Source of the DNA: Tubiluchus corallicola
Taxonomy: Eukaryota > Animalia > Priapulida
Length of the DNA stretch: 64,000 nt
NCBI GenBank assembly: GCA_030141605.1
Contig: JAQGDQ010000787.1
Location: 31,938-95,937, forward strand
Reading direction: 5' to 3'
The first letter of the stretch is position 1, and the number at the start of each line of letters is the position of its first letter. Below are positions 62,700 through 64,000 of the stretch, one piece after another. The notes below the pieces were generated by a model. The model did no database searches and was not told the DNA's origin. It saw only the letters and a program-made list of their open reading frames with translations. Both the position numbers and the translations under genes were made by a program.

Positions 62700-63950
62700 A
62701 CTTTTATTTACTTCATTTTATTCACACCCAATACAGTCTACAATAAAAACATCATCATCATCATCCAATGAATCACACGTCCAGTGAAATGATTCTGCTC
62801 ACCTCCCTATGCCAGGACTCCCTGCTCGCCGCAATGCCCCAAGTACATTTATTTCTAAGGATCAATGCTGAAGTGTTTAAATGTTTCTGTGCAAAATCTA
62901 AATATGTTAACATTTGTCCTCCTGCAAGTTTTTTAGCTGGTTTTATGGCTTATTGAAGAGCTATCTTCACTGGAATATCATCAGGTAGTCTAAGCATATG
63001 CCCAATCCATCTTAGACGACGTCTTTTTATTTTTCTTGTCCAAGGTTCTTCTTTTATTTTTTCATATAGATCTTTGTTTGAAATTTTCTTTCGCCATCTA
63101 ATACCCAAAATGTTTCTGTAATATATATGCCATATCCTAAGCGTCTGGAGATTCTACATCTAAGGTCTTTAGAGGAGAAACGCATTCAAAAAGAATTAGC
63201 TTTATGCTACCAAATTATTCGTAGAGAATAATATATAATAATAATAATAATATATATGTACAATAAAAACAATATAATATAAAACACTTTAGCAAAAAAC
63301 ATGCAAATGAGATGTTTACATGAGTGTGGTAAAGACACAAAGAGATGAACTGCTTACATGTGTCTATTGTGTACAAGGAATTTATGCAAGTTAAACTTTA
63401 TGTAAGCGGCTTTTAAATAACTTAATATTTTGTGCAGTTACGACGGGTGCACCATCAACATATACAGGAAATGAGTTCCAGATCGGTTCAACACGATTTG
63501 AGAAAAATTTACCAAATGATACTTTAGCTGTTCGACGCACAGAGCTTCAGAGAATGATTTTGCCTTGTTCTATTCGGGTAAAAAAATTTGTCAAAGTCGA
63601 CATCAACTTCTCTATGAATAATTTGGTAGCATAAAACTAAGTCTTTTTCGACGCGTTTCTCCTCTAAAGACTTTAGATGTAGACTCTCCAGACGCTTAGG
63701 ATATAGCATATACATTAAATTACATATATAAAACAGGCGTCGAGTAAAGTATCGCTGTACACTTTCTATACGGTCAACATTACCCAATAAAGCAGGATTC
63801 CAGACTGGCGAGCAATACTCTACAATAAGTCTTGTGTATTTTTTTATTATATTTTTGCGATGTCCTAATAACAATCTCATATTCATTCTCATCCACGTCA
63901 TTTCACTAATCTAATCCTACTAATTCCCATCTCCTTCACTCTCCACTATC
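62700..63950 (-). mobile_element. Second copy of the L2/CR1-like element at 10025-10770, interrupted by an insertion at 62752-63258
   Basis: Near-identical ORF (MTWMRMNMRLLLGHRKN..EYCSPVWNP). Its tail is split by a 13-bp duplication TACAATAAAAACA. Confidence 0.85.
62752..63120 (-). mobile_element. RTE-like LINE 3' end inserted in the L2/CR1-like element
   Basis: Minus strand ..ILGIRWRRKISNKDLY..IKRRRLRWIGHMLRLPDD.. with a (GAT)n tail at 62751-62765. Confidence 0.8.
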
Positions 63951-64000
63951 ATTCCGCTATTACGAGAGATGCACAATCAACATATGCAGGCAATGAGTTC

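Overview
This is AT-rich, repeat-dense eukaryotic DNA from an invertebrate animal; the taxon cannot be fixed from the sequence. It holds three host genes, all on the + strand. (1) A 4-exon GPI-anchored Ly6/uPAR three-finger protein (17162-23799, 159 aa) that the ORF track mostly misses. (2) A full-length axonemal inner-arm dynein heavy chain DNAH6 whose 12,276-bp CDS is one uninterrupted exon (37511-49786), with an RFX X-box upstream. (3) A 3-exon GDP-mannose 4,6-dehydratase GMDS (53453-57245, 362 aa). The window opens with a Gmr1-like Ty3/Gypsy LTR element that has a tRNA-Leu PBS and an intact gag-protease ORF but has lost the rest of pol. The remainder is hAT-, piggyBac-, Kolobok- and Tc1/pogo-type MITEs (one set triply nested), LINE 3' fragments, SINEs, microsatellites and an orientation-switching 37-bp minisatellite. 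No CRISPR array, rRNA or true tRNA gene was seen. All alignments were done by eye, so repeat boundaries are approximate unless termini are quoted.
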